64,000 bases of DNA from the human T2T-CHM13v2.0 reference genome, Homo sapiens: the NCBI RefSeq assembly GCF_009914755.1, contig NC_060934.1; one strand, 5' to 3'. The translations under genes were made by a program, and so were the position numbers. Below are positions 13,842 to 30,090 of the stretch, piece by piece; the stretch's first letter is position 1; the number at the start of each line of letters is the position of its first letter. The notes beneath the pieces were generated by a model. It was not told the origin of the DNA, ran no database searches, and worked only from the letters and a program-made list of their open reading frames with translations.

Positions 13842-14592
13842 GTAACTTTGATAAATGGCTGGAGACTGCGTGAAGACTACCTTGAAAATGAAAAACTCTG
13901 GGTGTTGCAGTCTTAGGGAGAGGGACTCATTTTTGTGTGTTTTACCTCCAGGAGCCCCACCAGGTTCAAATGGTGAAGAGCCAAAAAGACTCCCTCATGG
14001 CTCTGGCAGTGGGGAGGGCAAGAATAATTATTGTGAGAAAAACCCAGAGTATGCTCCATCGTGAAGTCTTCTCTACAAGTGAAAAGACTTTACCACATGG
14101 GAGAAGGGCATTTCTCAGACTCCAGCCCCCTCTAACCTTCCTGACTCACTTAAGGACAGGGAGAAACTAAGAATTACATTAGATAACAGAATTTTCCCCA
14201 CCCCACACTTTACCACCATATTGACACTCCATTATTGTAACAGCATATTTTAGCTGAAAGAGGTCAAGGCCCAGAGCCTAAGGATGAGTTCTTAAGGAGA
14301 CCTGGAGACAACAGATAGGAAAACTATAGAAACAAGAATCATCTGGCACTTATGGCTACAGCAAGCATTAAACACAGTCCAACTATGAGCCAGGTTAACA
14401 TAAATCCTTACACGAAATGCCTATTTACCTCAGTTCCTATTATTTGATACATAATTATCAGCTTTCAACAAAAAGTTATAAGGCATGCTAAAACACAAGA
14501 AAACACAGTCTGAAGATACAAAACAGACAGAACCAAACTCAGACAAAATAGATTTGGAATGCTCGGACAGAAAATTTAAAATAACCATGACT

Positions 14593-14702
14593 CACAGGTA
14601 CATTAAAATCTCAGACTTCACCACTATACAATTCATCCATGTAACCAAAAACCACTTGTACCCTTAAAGCTGTTGAAATTAAAAAAAAATGATTTAATGA
14701 TA
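14593..14702 (+). mobile_element. Very short L1PB-type 3' end insertion
   Basis: cagacttcaccactatacaattcatccatgtaaccaaaaaccacttgtaccc plus an A tail; 16-bp TSD TAAAATAA(C/T)CAT(G/A)ACT at 14577-14592 and 14703-14718. Confidence 0.8.
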
Positions 14703-16039
14703 TAAAATAATCATAACTAATAAACTAAGGGCTCTAGTGAAAAAAGTATACAACACACAAGGACACATGGGTCATGTAAGTAGATAGAAACTTTAAGAAA
14801 GAATCAAAGGAAATACTAACAACTGAAAACACTCAATAGAAATAAAGAATGACTTTAATGGGCTAATTAATTAACTGGACATGGCTGAGGAAAGAATCAA
14901 TGAGCTTGAAGATATGTCACTGGAAATTTTCCACACTGGAATGCAAAGAGAAAAAATAATAGGAAAAATAGCATACTCTACAAAAACTGTGGAACAATTT
15001 CAAAAGCTGCAGTACAGGCATACTTGTAATACCAGAAACAGGAGAAAGAGCAAAAAGAAGAAATATTTAATAACTGAAGTAATCTTAGCTGAAAAATTTC
15101 CAAAATTATTAACAGACATCAAACCACAGATTCAGGGACCTCAGATAACACCAAGCAGGATAGATGCAAAAAAAAAAAAAAAATCTACATATAGGCAAAT
15201 CATATTTGAAGCAGAAAACCAAAGACAAAGAGAAAATTGTGAAAGAGAATAAAAACATTTCACCTATAGAGGAATAAAGACAAGAATGACAGCAGACTTC
15301 TCATCATAAATTATGCCAGAAGAATTAAAGTGGAAAAATAAATATTTAAAGAATTAAAAGAAAAAAAGTTTCATCAAATTATCTTTTGAAAGTGAAGAAG
15401 AAAACAAGAACTTGAATTGAAGAAATTCATCACCAGCAGTCTTGCCCTAAAAGACAGGTTTTAAAAGGTTCTTTAGGGAGAAAAATATAGTAAATCAGAA
15501 ACAAATCTACATTAAAAATGAGGCACAATGGAGAAAGAATAAATGTGGGTAAAATAGATTTGTTTTACTTTTTTATTATTAGTCAATCTGAAACATGACT
15601 AACAATATATTAGGTGACTATATCTACTATATAGATAAGAGAAATGAATGATGGAAATGTCATAAGGGATGGGGGAAGGAAGAAATTTAGAATATTTTGT
15701 AACATATTACCTGCACTACAAGTGAAGTGGCATAGTGTTATTTAAAGGTAGACTTACCTTAAACATATATATTGCAAATACTAGGAAAACCAATAAAAAA
15801 AATTTGTCACAGAAAATAACAGTTATACTAAGTCAGGAGGCAAAATGAAATTATTTGGCATTCTCAATAAAACCAGAAAAGTCCGAAAAAGATGATATAA
15901 ATGAAATAAATAAATACAATAAATAGAAAACAGTTGCAAATACGATAGATAGTAATTCAATTATCAATAATTACTTTAACTATGAATGGTATAAAGATAG
16001 CAATAAAAGGCAATAAATATTTAAAATGGATTTTAAAAA

Positions 16040-18570
<2,531 letters not shown>

Positions 18571-18617
18571 AAAACAAAATGTGAACAAAATAGATAAAAC
18601 CCTGGCAAGACTAATCA

Positions 18618-19052
<435 letters not shown>

Positions 19053-22000
19053 CTATATGCTAGCTTCAAGAAAGACACTTTAAATAAAATGTAGGTTGAA
19101 GGTAAAAGGATGAAGAAAAACTATGCTGACATCAATCAAAAGAAAACTGGAATAGGTAATTAATTTTATACGAAGCAGAACAAGAAAGAGTATTTGGGAT
19201 TAAAAGAGGTAATACACCATGATAGGATCAATTATTCAAGAAGACATAATAAATTAAGCAAAAATTGATAGAACTGAAAGAAGAAAAGACAAATCCACTA
19301 GAATAGGGGGAGATAGCAATACTCCTTTTTCTGTATTTGATAGTTCAAGCAGGAAGAAAATCACTGAGGATATAGTTGTCCTGAAAAATACTATCATTAA
19401 TTTAATTGATATTTATGTAACAACCTATCCCACAAGAGAATACACATTCTCCTCAAATTCATATGGGACATTTACCAAGACAAACACATTCTGGGCCATA
19501 AAGTATACCTTTACAATTTTACAGGAATGGAAATCATACAAAGTATGTTCTCAACACAATGGAACTAAACCATAAATCAATTACAGAAAATACCCAATTA
19601 TTTGGATATTAAGCTACATAATTTCTACACAACATATAAAGAAGAAGTCTTGAGAAAATTTAAGAAATAGTTTGAACTAAATGATAATGAAAATATATAA
19701 ATTTGTAAATTTGTAAAATGCAGTGAAAGCAGTATTTAAAGAGACATTTTATATCATTAAATACATATATTACAAAAGAAGAAAGATCCAGAATCAATAA
19801 TCTAAGCTTCCACTTTAGGAAACCAAAAAAAATAAAAAGAAGAACTTAAACATAAGGCAAGCAAATAAAGAAAAGGAAAGAAATAATAAAAGAGCAGAAA
19901 TCAATGAAATTGAAAACAGGAAATCAATATAGAAAAATCAATGAAGCAAAAGCTGGCTCTGTGAAGAGATCAATAAAAATAGTAGCACTTTAGTGAAGTG
20001 AACTAAGAAAATAAAAGAGAAAACACAAATTACCAATAGCAGAAATACTAATACCATACATATTAAAATGATAATAAAGAAATGCTATGAACAACTATCT
20101 ACAAATTAGATAACTTAGATGAAATGAATCAATTCTTTGAAAGACATAAACTGCCAAAACTCACACAAGGAGATATAATCTTATATCTGTATCTCATAAG
20201 CATATATGACAGGCTTATATCTGCTAATTAAATTGAATCAGCAATTAATAATCCTCCTAAAGGAAACACCAGGCCCAGATAGTTTCACTGGGGAATTTTA
20301 CCAAGTATTTAAGGAAGAAATTAAACAATCTCTTCCAGAAAATACAAGCAGAGGAAACACTTCCTAACTCACTGTATAAAACCAACATTTCTCTGATACC
20401 AAAACCAGATAAAGACATTACAAGAAAGAAATCCTTCAGATCAATACCTCTGACGAATATACATTCAAAAATCCTCAACAAAATATTAGCAAATCAAATG
20501 CAATAATGTACAGAAAGAATTATACATCATTACCAAGTGGGATGTATTCTAGGTATGCAAGGCTGATTCAACATTCAAAATCAATCAAATTAATCCACTA
20601 TATCAACAAGTTTAAGAAGAAAAATTATATGAACTTATCATTTGATACAGAAAAGGCATTTAACAAAATCCAACATCAATTCACAATAAAAATTTTCAGC
20701 AAAGTAGGAACGGAGAAGAACTTCCTCAACTTGACAAAGAACATCTAGAAAAACTGTACAAATAACATCATACTTGGTGGTGAGAAAATAGATGTTTTTC
20801 TTTTAAGATCAGAAATAAGATTCCATTGGAAGAGTCAATATTGCTAACATGTCATTCTTCCCGGCTTGATCTATAGATTTAACACAGTTACACAAAGCAA
20901 ATTCAGCCCTCACTCTTTGAATCACTAACGTTCATTTAAGTGTCTAACAGACTCGATTCAAAGTTCAGGTAGAATGGAGTGAGGTTATACCACTACAATG
21001 TGAATACTTTATGACTTAATATTATACATCATATTCCTAAAAGTTCTTTACTCATTCCACGACCGGACATATTCATAGTCCTCTCTTTTTCCACAGAGAG
21101 CAACCACATTTCCTTTCTTTTCTGAACTCCTCTTATTAGTTTATCTACGACCTTCTAAAATCCTCTTAATTTCTTAATAAAGCAATTTGTCAATGTTTTT
21201 GTTTTGTTGCCTCCATTTGGACCATGTTTTCTAAGCCTTACCCTTTCTAATCAAATAAACTTCTCAGTCTGGTGTCACCTATTTAAAAAAAAAATTGCCA
21301 AGGAATAAAACATTTAAGTGTCTCAAAGAGAAATTAAAGGGTTTACTCAGCTGACTTGGGTCAGGGAGTACCTGAATACCAGGTAACTCTTTTAATCAAA
21401 GCCCACATGGAATTTTATGGGATGAGAAGAAAAGAGGAAGGGTGGCTTTGTGGTCTGACTTAGGTTGCAGTTTTCTTTATCTCCAACTGCTACAAAACTT
21501 GTGATTAGACTGGTTGGAGATTTCCCTAGTTTTGGGGCCTTTTGACTCGATTATTGGCCCAATCTTACCTGGCAACTGTGAAAAAATTTTTTTGAAAATT
21601 GCCTTGCTGTTTATCAAGGTTCAGCGTTGGGGGTAATAAAGATGGGGGAAAGGAAGAGTAGGAAAAAAGTGGGAAAACGAAGTGGTTGAAGCAGAAAAAA
21701 CCTGGAGACTCTGTTTTGTCTGTTTTAATCAATTTCTAGCTTCCTCCTTTTAAATTGACAGTGTAAATAACTTGATTTCCAGAACACTCTAATTTCATAT
21801 CTCAGTAATTCTATAACTTTCCTTTCTTTTTGTCTTTTTCTGAGCTGTAAGAACCTCTTTGTAACTCAACTCTCTAGATTGGAAAATGTGAATGTAATTC
21901 CTACCTCACAAAATTATGAGGAGGATTTACAAGATGACATGTGACATTATTTCAATAAATATGGCAAGGAAAATGTATCCTTCTCTGGACCCTCTCCCAT

Positions 22001-22928
22001 TTATTATCATGGACCCTTGAAGTGCCAGCTTAATGTAGAAGACAAAAGAAGCATTTAAATCATAAGTTCTCAGGATAGATAGCCTATAAAGTCTTTAGCA
22101 CATCACTGAAGAGTTCAGTGGGAATCCCAAACTCATTACAAAATCTTCTATGTTGCTTTCATATCCAGCCCTACTCACCTTACCATTACCATAACAACCC
22201 ACAACCCATAAAGCCTGGCACAATGAGACACAGATTAAAGTTTCTGGTATTTTTCTTGTTCAGACTTATCCCCCTCACTTATTTCCCCACATCTTCCAAT
22301 AATATCCTAGAGCTCATACCCATCATTCTACCCAGTCTCCTTGATGCCTGTAATAGTTTATAATCTTATGTGTTCCCTTAATGCCTGCCTCCACGCATCC
22401 TAAGTCTCAACTTGCATATATTTTATATATTACAATGGATGGAATCACTGCCCCCATCAAGAGTGTCATGAGAAAAGGAAAATGATAATCTAAGGCATTC
22501 TAAGGCAATCATTTGGAAACACAAAGGAACAAAAGAAAAGCTACTATGTAAATACAAATGCATTTAAGTTTGAAAAAAAAGGTATTAGATATATAATTCA
22601 GACATTAAAAGAAGGAGAGGAAACAATGAACTGTTTTCTGCCCATTCAGGTAGTTTCTCAGTCCTCCACAGGGCTAGGGCTTTGTGGAATTGATAATTTT
22701 CCTCACACTCGTCTTCACACCAGACAGATAGAGATCAATATATCAGTTTTACTTTATTAGGGATAAACCTGATTGGAGGATGTGGCTTAGATATGTGAAC
22801 ACAATCAGGCTTCCTAATATTTGTCTCTCAAATCAAGACTTCAGAAAAGTCTCATGTGAGAGTGTGAATAGGAAAGGAGACACATTCCCATACTAGGCTT
22901 CTCACTTCCACAGTGGAGAAGGAAAGAC

Positions 22929-23463
22929 TGATATAAAAAAGACAATATTCAGGTCATACTTGAAAGCAGAGCTCTGACTCAACCTGCAGCAACCAGCCCA
23001 GGAAAAGGATCCACTATCTATAGGAACCAGCTTAGGAAGCCAGGCTGCTATGTATAAGACTTGTAGGAAAGCAAACTGCTGTCTCTAGTAACCAGTCTAG
23101 GAAGCTAAACCATTCCTGTAACAATCAGGCCAAAATGGCCAGCGCTTGATTAGTATCAGACAGCTTCCCTAATTTTTGTCCCCACTTCCAACTTAGGACC
23201 AAACAAAGAAAGCCAAATACACACCCCTAAGCAATCACATAAATGCCCCACTTCTAGTTGTCTCCAGCTTCCCCATGCCAACAGATCTTCAATCAAAGTG
23301 TATCTGAAACTGCCTTTTTTTTTCAGCTGTAAAGCTTTCCTCCTCCCCTGCCTGCCTTTGCATTTCTGCCAAAATGCAAGTGATGGTGTCTGCCTCCCTT
23401 GCATAGCAAGCTCTGAATAAATAGCCTTTGTTCTCATTAGGTTGACCTTCATTTATTTCCGCA
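22929..23463 (+). mobile_element. ERV1 solo LTR (MER90/MER110-like)
   Basis: gacagcttccctaatttttgtcccacttccaacttaggacc..; AATAAA near 23417; terminus tttatttccgca. Confidence 0.7.
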
Positions 23464-23868
23464 GGAAAGAGTAAAAAGAGACCAACAATCTGTTTCTCAA
23501 GCCTGGGGTAGGCCATGACTTAGCCTTGGTGGGTAGAGAAGATAAGAGGAAAGTTGGATGCAAAGGCCCTTCAACAGGCTGCTTTGAAAGAAGAGTTTAT
23601 GCTGAAATGTTTAATCCCTGCTTCCCAGTTTTACTAATTGGATAAATCCTGTCCCATAACCTGAAAAGGAGTGATGGAACTGGGGGTTGAGAAGGAGAAG
23701 TGAAAGGGAAATTCCTGCCCCTTTAGAAAATGTGGAAAGTAGGAAGTAGATTCACCTAAAGTATAGTATTTGGTCTCTGTAAACTTAATTCTTTAATACA
23801 TCTCAACATGATGTATGGTGGTATCATCATCATCATCGTCACCATCATCAAAGGGAAAATACTGAACT

Positions 23869-23894
23869 CACACACACACACACACACACACACA
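23869..23894. repeat. (CA)13 microsatellite
   Basis: Read directly from the sequence. Confidence 0.95.
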
Positions 23895-25249
23895 GACAAA
23901 CCTGAGAAACTACTGGGCTTCCTGCCAGGCTATTCTTTTTTAATTCCTGAATTATTCTGCCCAGGACCTTGCTTAAAATCTATATAATCAGGAAATGATT
24001 ATAAAATTCAACATGTCCTCAAACCCCTTAACAGTCAGCTACTAGGGTCTATACACAGGGGTCCTTTCTCTTGATGACTCCTGATTTGGGGAAAGAGAAA
24101 AAAGCACAGCAAGTACTCACTCCCCTAAAGATTAAATTATTGGGATTCACAGTGGAGGATTTGAAGTGAGGGTTGGGAAAATATATCCCTATCTTTCTAT
24201 CTCCTTTGAGATGGAAAAGGTGGGAAAAAGAAGAGTCATTACATAACAACAGTGCTGCCTGCCAACAGTGGCCCCTGTGTGAGAATGTAGGTACAGCTGT
24301 GTGCTCACTTCTCCATATGGGGTGAGCTCAAAATACAAGCAAAGGATTCATATACAGTCCTGGCTGTCAAAACTGGGAACCCTTTCAAAGGCTCAAGAAA
24401 GCCATTCTGAGCCTAAAAAAGACTCATTTTGTTATTCTTAATTCAGAATTTAAAGCAGATTTATACTTGCAATAATGTCCTAATTGGATAAATAATAGCA
24501 TCTCCTAGTTGTCAAAATTATTTGCATTAATACTTAGTTTGGACAATGCAATAAAGCACCCTTCTTAGCACATTGTGGCCCGGTTGTGATGAACGGTGTG
24601 ATTAAACCCTATCTCCCCCCTAACATGATTAAGAAGAATTGGTTATTAGATAAAGGTACAAAACAAAGACAAATGCACCTCTAGCAGAAGCTGCAAGTCA
24701 CTGCCTAAACAGGTCCACCGAGGACATGGGCACAAATGGCACCACAGCACGTTCCTGGAGTGGCCACAGAGCATGAAGTACAGTTTGGGTCTTTATGTAA
24801 ACAATGCAAGTGCGCTGGTCTGTGAGGAAGTAAATGAGTAAGGAAATGTTAAGATAAACTCATAAAATAAGAGGCTGTTATCACGGAGAATTAACTCCAA
24901 AATGCAACATATTTTTACATGTGATCCAAGAGCTTTTTATCTCTAGTCATCTCCTAGTATGTGGTCTTATTTACTATGGGGTTAGTTCAGGGAAATTAAA
25001 GGTTCCCTGAGAAGTTTTGATGAATAAACCAAAAACATTTATTTAATACCCATTAACAATAAAGGCTTGTGAGAGGTGTACTGAGCAATATGTGTCTCAG
25101 TCTTTGCCTTCAAAAGGCTTATACTTTAGTTGGGACAATAATCCTCACAATTATCTCTCTACTGAGATGGCTAGCCTTACAAGGGAGTATCATGGGGGAA
25201 TTATCTTGAAGACAGTAAGCAATCCCATTGGCAACTCAGCATTCAGATT

Positions 25250-26200
25250 AAAAATGAAGAGTTCAGAATCAGACAGATCTGGGTTCAGTTTCACCTCCTT
25301 CACTGACTACCTGTGTGATCTTGAGTAATTTACTCAACTTCTTTAGCCCACCATTTCCAAACCTACAAAATAGGATGAATAAAGATATCTGTACATGAGG
25401 CTTTAGCACAGAACCTGGCCAATAGTACATGCGTAACAGATGATAGTCATTACTTTTTCTAACTTCAATCAGCACTAGAAAAATAAGCCGGGTGTTTTTG
25501 TTTTTAAAATAATTTTGGCTACTGTTTTGTCATTGGGTTTGGGTTTTCTCCCCTCATCATGAATCTGATGGTATGTTCACAGAGAGGATGTGTCTGTTCT
25601 CCTAGTTGAATTCATGAGCATGTGTGGCTGAGAAGGAAGTTCATATTTATGAGGATTTGGATGGGCCACGGAGCAAGACAGATGGAAAGTGTGGAGACCT
25701 GGATTCATATCCAGTTTACTAGTCATTGTAAAAGCTCTATTAGCTCAGTTCCTTCTTCACTCTGAGCCTCAGTTTTTCCATTTATCTGATGGAAAAGGTG
25801 AAAAGAAACTTCCTCTTACTGATTGTCAGGTATCCTGATAAGCAATCCTGCATATATCGTCTCATTTAATCCTTACTCAAATCCTTCAAATAACCCAGCG
25901 TTGTCTCCATTTTACATATGAGAAAACAGAGGAGGATGAAATCTGGTACTCACAGTCCCATAGCAAGGCAGAGCCACTCTGTGATAAAATTATAGGCTTG
26001 GACTCAGGTGGAACTCAGCTCAAATGTGTTCTGAACAGTGTCACCTTGAATAAGCTACTCATCACCTCTTGATCTCAATCCCCTCATCTATAAAATGAGA
26101 ATAACAATACACTTTGAGGGGCTTTTTAGTATTAAAATAGAATAATTACTTAGTGTTAAGTGTCCAGATCAGTTCCTGACACATAGTTAATGTTCATTAC
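25250..26200. mobile_element. Cluster of four MIRs (+ 25250-25460, + 25670-25830, - 25850-25970, + 25980-26200)
   Basis: Repeated MIR cores (ctgggttc..tgtgtgatcttgagtaatttactcaac; ctcatctataaaatgagaataac). Confidence 0.7.
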
Positions 26201-26509
26201 CTGTGAGGATAAAAGCAATGATCTGATATCAAAATAGGATAAATGGCAAGTGTGCATTTTGAATGCCCTGACATTATCTCCTGTGCCCCTGGCTTTAAGT
26301 CCTCAAAGCTGGTAAGTTCCATGGCAGTTCCTGGTACACAGAAGCATGGTTGTTCATGACAGAAGCAGAGAGAGCCTTGATCCCAGTCCTTTTGGCTTTC
26401 TCTGTTGACTAGCTGGTGTCGACATCCAACTCACAGTTGTTCTCATGGTTGTAATGCAAGAAAACAGCCAAAAGACAAGGCTTCCAAGTTTGTAGCAGGG
26501 TCATGAGAT

Positions 26510-26770
26510 TCACTGGAAAACATATTTAATGAACATCTACAATGTGCCAGGCACTCTTCTAGATGTGGGGTTGCATCAGTAAACATGAGAAAGATCCCTA
26601 CATTCATAATGCTTCAAATCCAGCAGAGCAAGAGACAATAAATAGAATAAGTAAATTACACAGCATCTGAGAAAATGATGAAAAAGCTATAAAAAAAAAA
26701 GAGAACAAGATAAGGGATTGGGAGCATGAGGGATGGGGTAAATTGTGACAGCTTTTACACTGGTGTTCAG
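26510..26770 (-). mobile_element. L2 3' end
   Basis: acatatttaatgaacatctacaatgtgccaggcactcttctag. Confidence 0.7.
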
Positions 26771-27334
26771 AGAGTTTTACTCAACTGGCATTATTAATAT
26801 CACCTCAGAGATAATAGCTCTGAGCTGAATCTGCAAATGTCTAAAGCCACTTTGTGTGAAAAGAAATTGAAATGGTAATTCAGGAATAATTATTTTAATT
26901 GATGTTTGGGTATCAGAGAAGCAATGAGCTCACTGGTGAGATGGGAAGGCGTGTTTCTGATGTGGGATGTTCAACTTCATTTATTTCAACGGATTTTTCA
27001 TTCAAGTCTCTTTTACGGATGGGAGATAACCTTCTCAGGTAATCATGAGAAGTTCTCTTTACCTAGAAATCCCTCTCGTTTGATCTCTCCTGGTGAGCAG
27101 AGAGAGATGAAAGCAGTTGAGAGAAATCTCAAAATTATCAGCCAAAGAATAAAGAAGAGAGCTCAAGCAGGTGGCTAGAAAGAGTGCCACTGTGCCTGTA
27201 CTGGCCTGACCACATGCACAGGCAAAGCTCATGGGAAATTTTCACCACTCAGTAGTTAATAGAGACACTTCTCTTTCTAATGAAATGAATGGCACTATGT
27301 ATACGCCTGGCAATTAATTCATGCCCTAATGATG

Positions 27335-27575
27335 CCAAACAACCATTAAAATGATGTTGCAGGGTATCTGATTACCTGGAAAGATGATCAGAATATATTG
27401 TAAGATGGGAAAATTGTATGTGTTGTATGATGTTATTTTTGATACTATTGCTTATGTATAAATGAAAAGAGACTAACATATTAACAGAGTTTATCTCTGG
27501 GTAGTGGATTTATGGGTGATTGTTCTTTTTATACAATTAGCATGTCATTTTGCAACAAGGAGAAATAAATAATAA
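27335..27575 (+). mobile_element. L1ME 3'UTR fragment
   Basis: ttaacagagtttatctctgggtagtggatttatgggtgatt motif. Confidence 0.55.
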
Positions 27576-27715
27576 AAGTGATTTTAAAACATAACAAACC
27601 CAATCACTCATAAATATATCAGCCTTGTTCTCACCAAGACTTGAAATCCCTTTGACAGAATGGGCTGCACCCCCAATTGCATTCTGCATGTGTGTGGTTT
27701 TAGAAGGAGGTCACA

Positions 27716-28072
27716 CCAACAGTGTGCTAATACATATTTAACAATTGGCTCTTCAGCCCCCCTCCCTCTCATACACGGACACATTAAAAATCCTTGATTT
27801 TTAGTGTATGCCAATTTCTATGGTGTAAATATTCTCTCCATGGCTGATTTCAAACCATCAATGTCATCACTGAACGTGGTATCTCATGTATTTAAAAATC
27901 CAGAATTGAGAATATCCATAATATTACATGAAAAAAGAAACATAAGAAAAGTCACTTATGAAACAGGACAGTAAATGTCCTTCTATCAAAAGAACCTATA
28001 TTATGTCACTGTATAAGGATTTGGAAAGATACATTCTCATGAGCTCGTATGTGCTTCCCCAGCACACCCTGG
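27716..28072. mobile_element. MER63 hAT-Blackjack DNA transposon
   Basis: gtgtgcta..tttaacaattggctct..ggtgtaaata..catggctgatttcaa..tcactgaacg and right TIR cagcacaccctgg. Confidence 0.7.
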
Positions 28073-28880
28073 GGTCATGCTTGCATCTTCCTGAATACAG
28101 AGCACGGAGTTAGGCAAGTAAAAAAATTGGCCTTAGACACTGTTTGCTCACTGATGCCCCTTTTTTTCCTCTGGGGAAGGAAGAGGTAGATACAAATACT
28201 TCTTGTCTTCGACGATGTTAAGATCTCTAGAGTGTCATAGGGTCTTTAGTTAGCAGAAAATTTGGTGCTCTATTTCTTGAATTCTTGACTGACTCTTCTT
28301 ATAAGATTTTATTTTTTCATTTAATAGTACGGAGATTTCAGATTCTAAATTTTTCAATATATGAGGTCCTGTATCCAGTGTTTCAGGAACCTTTCAGAGG
28401 TACTGTGGGAAGGAGGGAGATAGTCTATAACACAGCCTCTTGCTGTATCTGGGTGGGGCTGAAGCTTTAACATATAAGAAAGGTAATAAATAAATAAGCA
28501 TTTTGAAGTTGTATTATTACATAAAAATCAGGGCAATGATCTTTGCACTGAGAAACCATTTGATGAAGATGGAAGTAGGTGATGGTAAAAATCTGCACTG
28601 TGAAATAATGACTCCCGGTTATTGACAAGCCCTACATGGCAGGAATAATCTCAGCTAAATCTTTGCAAAAAGCCCTATGAACTACATATTGTCACTAATC
28701 CCACTTTATAGTAAAGGAAAGTGCCTGGATTTACAAAGACAGTAAGGGTTAGAACTCTGATTCAAACCTAAATCAGCCTTATTGGATTCTACCCAAGTGC
28801 ATTCTCAAAAGCAAGACATTGCATTGCCTCCCCAGGACGTAGGTCAGACCCTAGTAGCCCGTGTGAGAACAGAGCTACTG

Positions 28881-29228
28881 TGTCAGAGACACTGCTGTGT
28901 GTTTCCAAAATTCATTTTATTTCCTCCTGGTTACAAAGCTAAACTTTAATTTCCAGGCTTCGTGAGATATGCTGGAGCCATATGACAGAGTCTAGGTCAA
29001 TGGAATGAGGTCAGAAGTAATGTGAGCCACTTCCAGGCCTAGCCCATAAAAACCTCCATGCCCAATCTTCTATTCACTTTTCTCTTTTCACGGTGACTTT
29101 GGAAAACATACTTCAAATGTTGAGGTACCATAAAATCAAAGGAATCTGGGTTTCTAAATGATTGTGGTTAAGCCACAGAAACATGGGTTTATTGTTACTG
29201 CAGCTCGGCAGGTTCTACCCTAGCTTAC
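28881..29228 (+). mobile_element. MLT1J-like MaLR LTR
   Basis: caatggaatgaggtcagaagtaatgtgagccacttccaggcctagcccataaaaacctcc..ttaagccac..tgttactgcagc. Confidence 0.75.
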
Positions 29229-29904
29229 TCTCTCTGAGTAGTTCTCCAGGCATTCGTAGCACAGTCCACGTACCTTACTGTATTTATTGCAATCTATACT
29301 TCATATGATTTTCTACATGCTCCTCAGAGGCAGGGCTGGACTCTAGAGTTAGTTCAGGCTGACCTTTGGTTGGCATACTGATTGGACCCCACAGGTTGAG
29401 CTGTAAATGTCTGAAATGAAAGACTTTCAAGAACCAGTACAGAATTTTGAAATTGTTGCAATGTTTCTTTGCAATTGTATTTTTTGCACTCTTTCCTCTA
29501 ACACTGCAACTTATGTGGCCCCTTTGCCACCGATCCCAGAAAGGAAACTCCATCAATTGAGATTATAAAACCGTACCTCACCTCTCCTAGAAAAACTGCA
29601 TTGTAAAGCTGTCTGAGGACGGAGATACTTCTACCCTACAAAGGACATCCAGGTAGTAGGAGTTGGGCAAAAATCTTAGGGTAAGGAGAGGAAGTGCAAG
29701 ACCACATTCCCCACACCTACAAGCCCGTCCCTTGGCCAGCCAGAAGCCATTTGTGATTGTATGTTTTGGTCACACTATAAAACCAGTGTCCAGCAAGGAC
29801 CTATTGTTATGTTGTGGGTGCTAAATGTGCAACACTGCCCAAGTGCCCAGACTCCAGGCTGCAGACTCAGAAATGTGCTATTGAAGAGTGAGGAGGACTG
29901 AACT

Positions 29905-30090
29905 AACCCAAGTGCAGCACTCTGCCAGATACTCCACAGGCCTTCTCATTTAAAACTTACAGCTATGCTGTGAAGTACTTGGTGTCACCCTAATTTTACA
30001 TAGGAGAGAACAGTTCAGTACTAGTAAGTGTTGAATCTGGGATTTGGCCAGGGTCTGACAGATATTAGGGCTTCCGCCCATCCCATCAAA
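29905..30090 (-). mobile_element. MIR
   Basis: ctcatttaaaacttacagc..ttttacataggaga..ctagtaagtg..ctgggatttg..gtctgac. Confidence 0.55.

Noticed and set aside
11930-13916. Many long overlapping ORFs (up to 231 aa) on both strands
   Set aside because: They lie within the GC-rich MER52 LTR, where stop codons are scarce, and show no recognisable domain.
26300-26320. Strong isolated donor CTG|GTAAGT (similar ones at ~46015 and ~46516)
   Set aside because: No matching upstream acceptor found; expected by chance in 64 kb.
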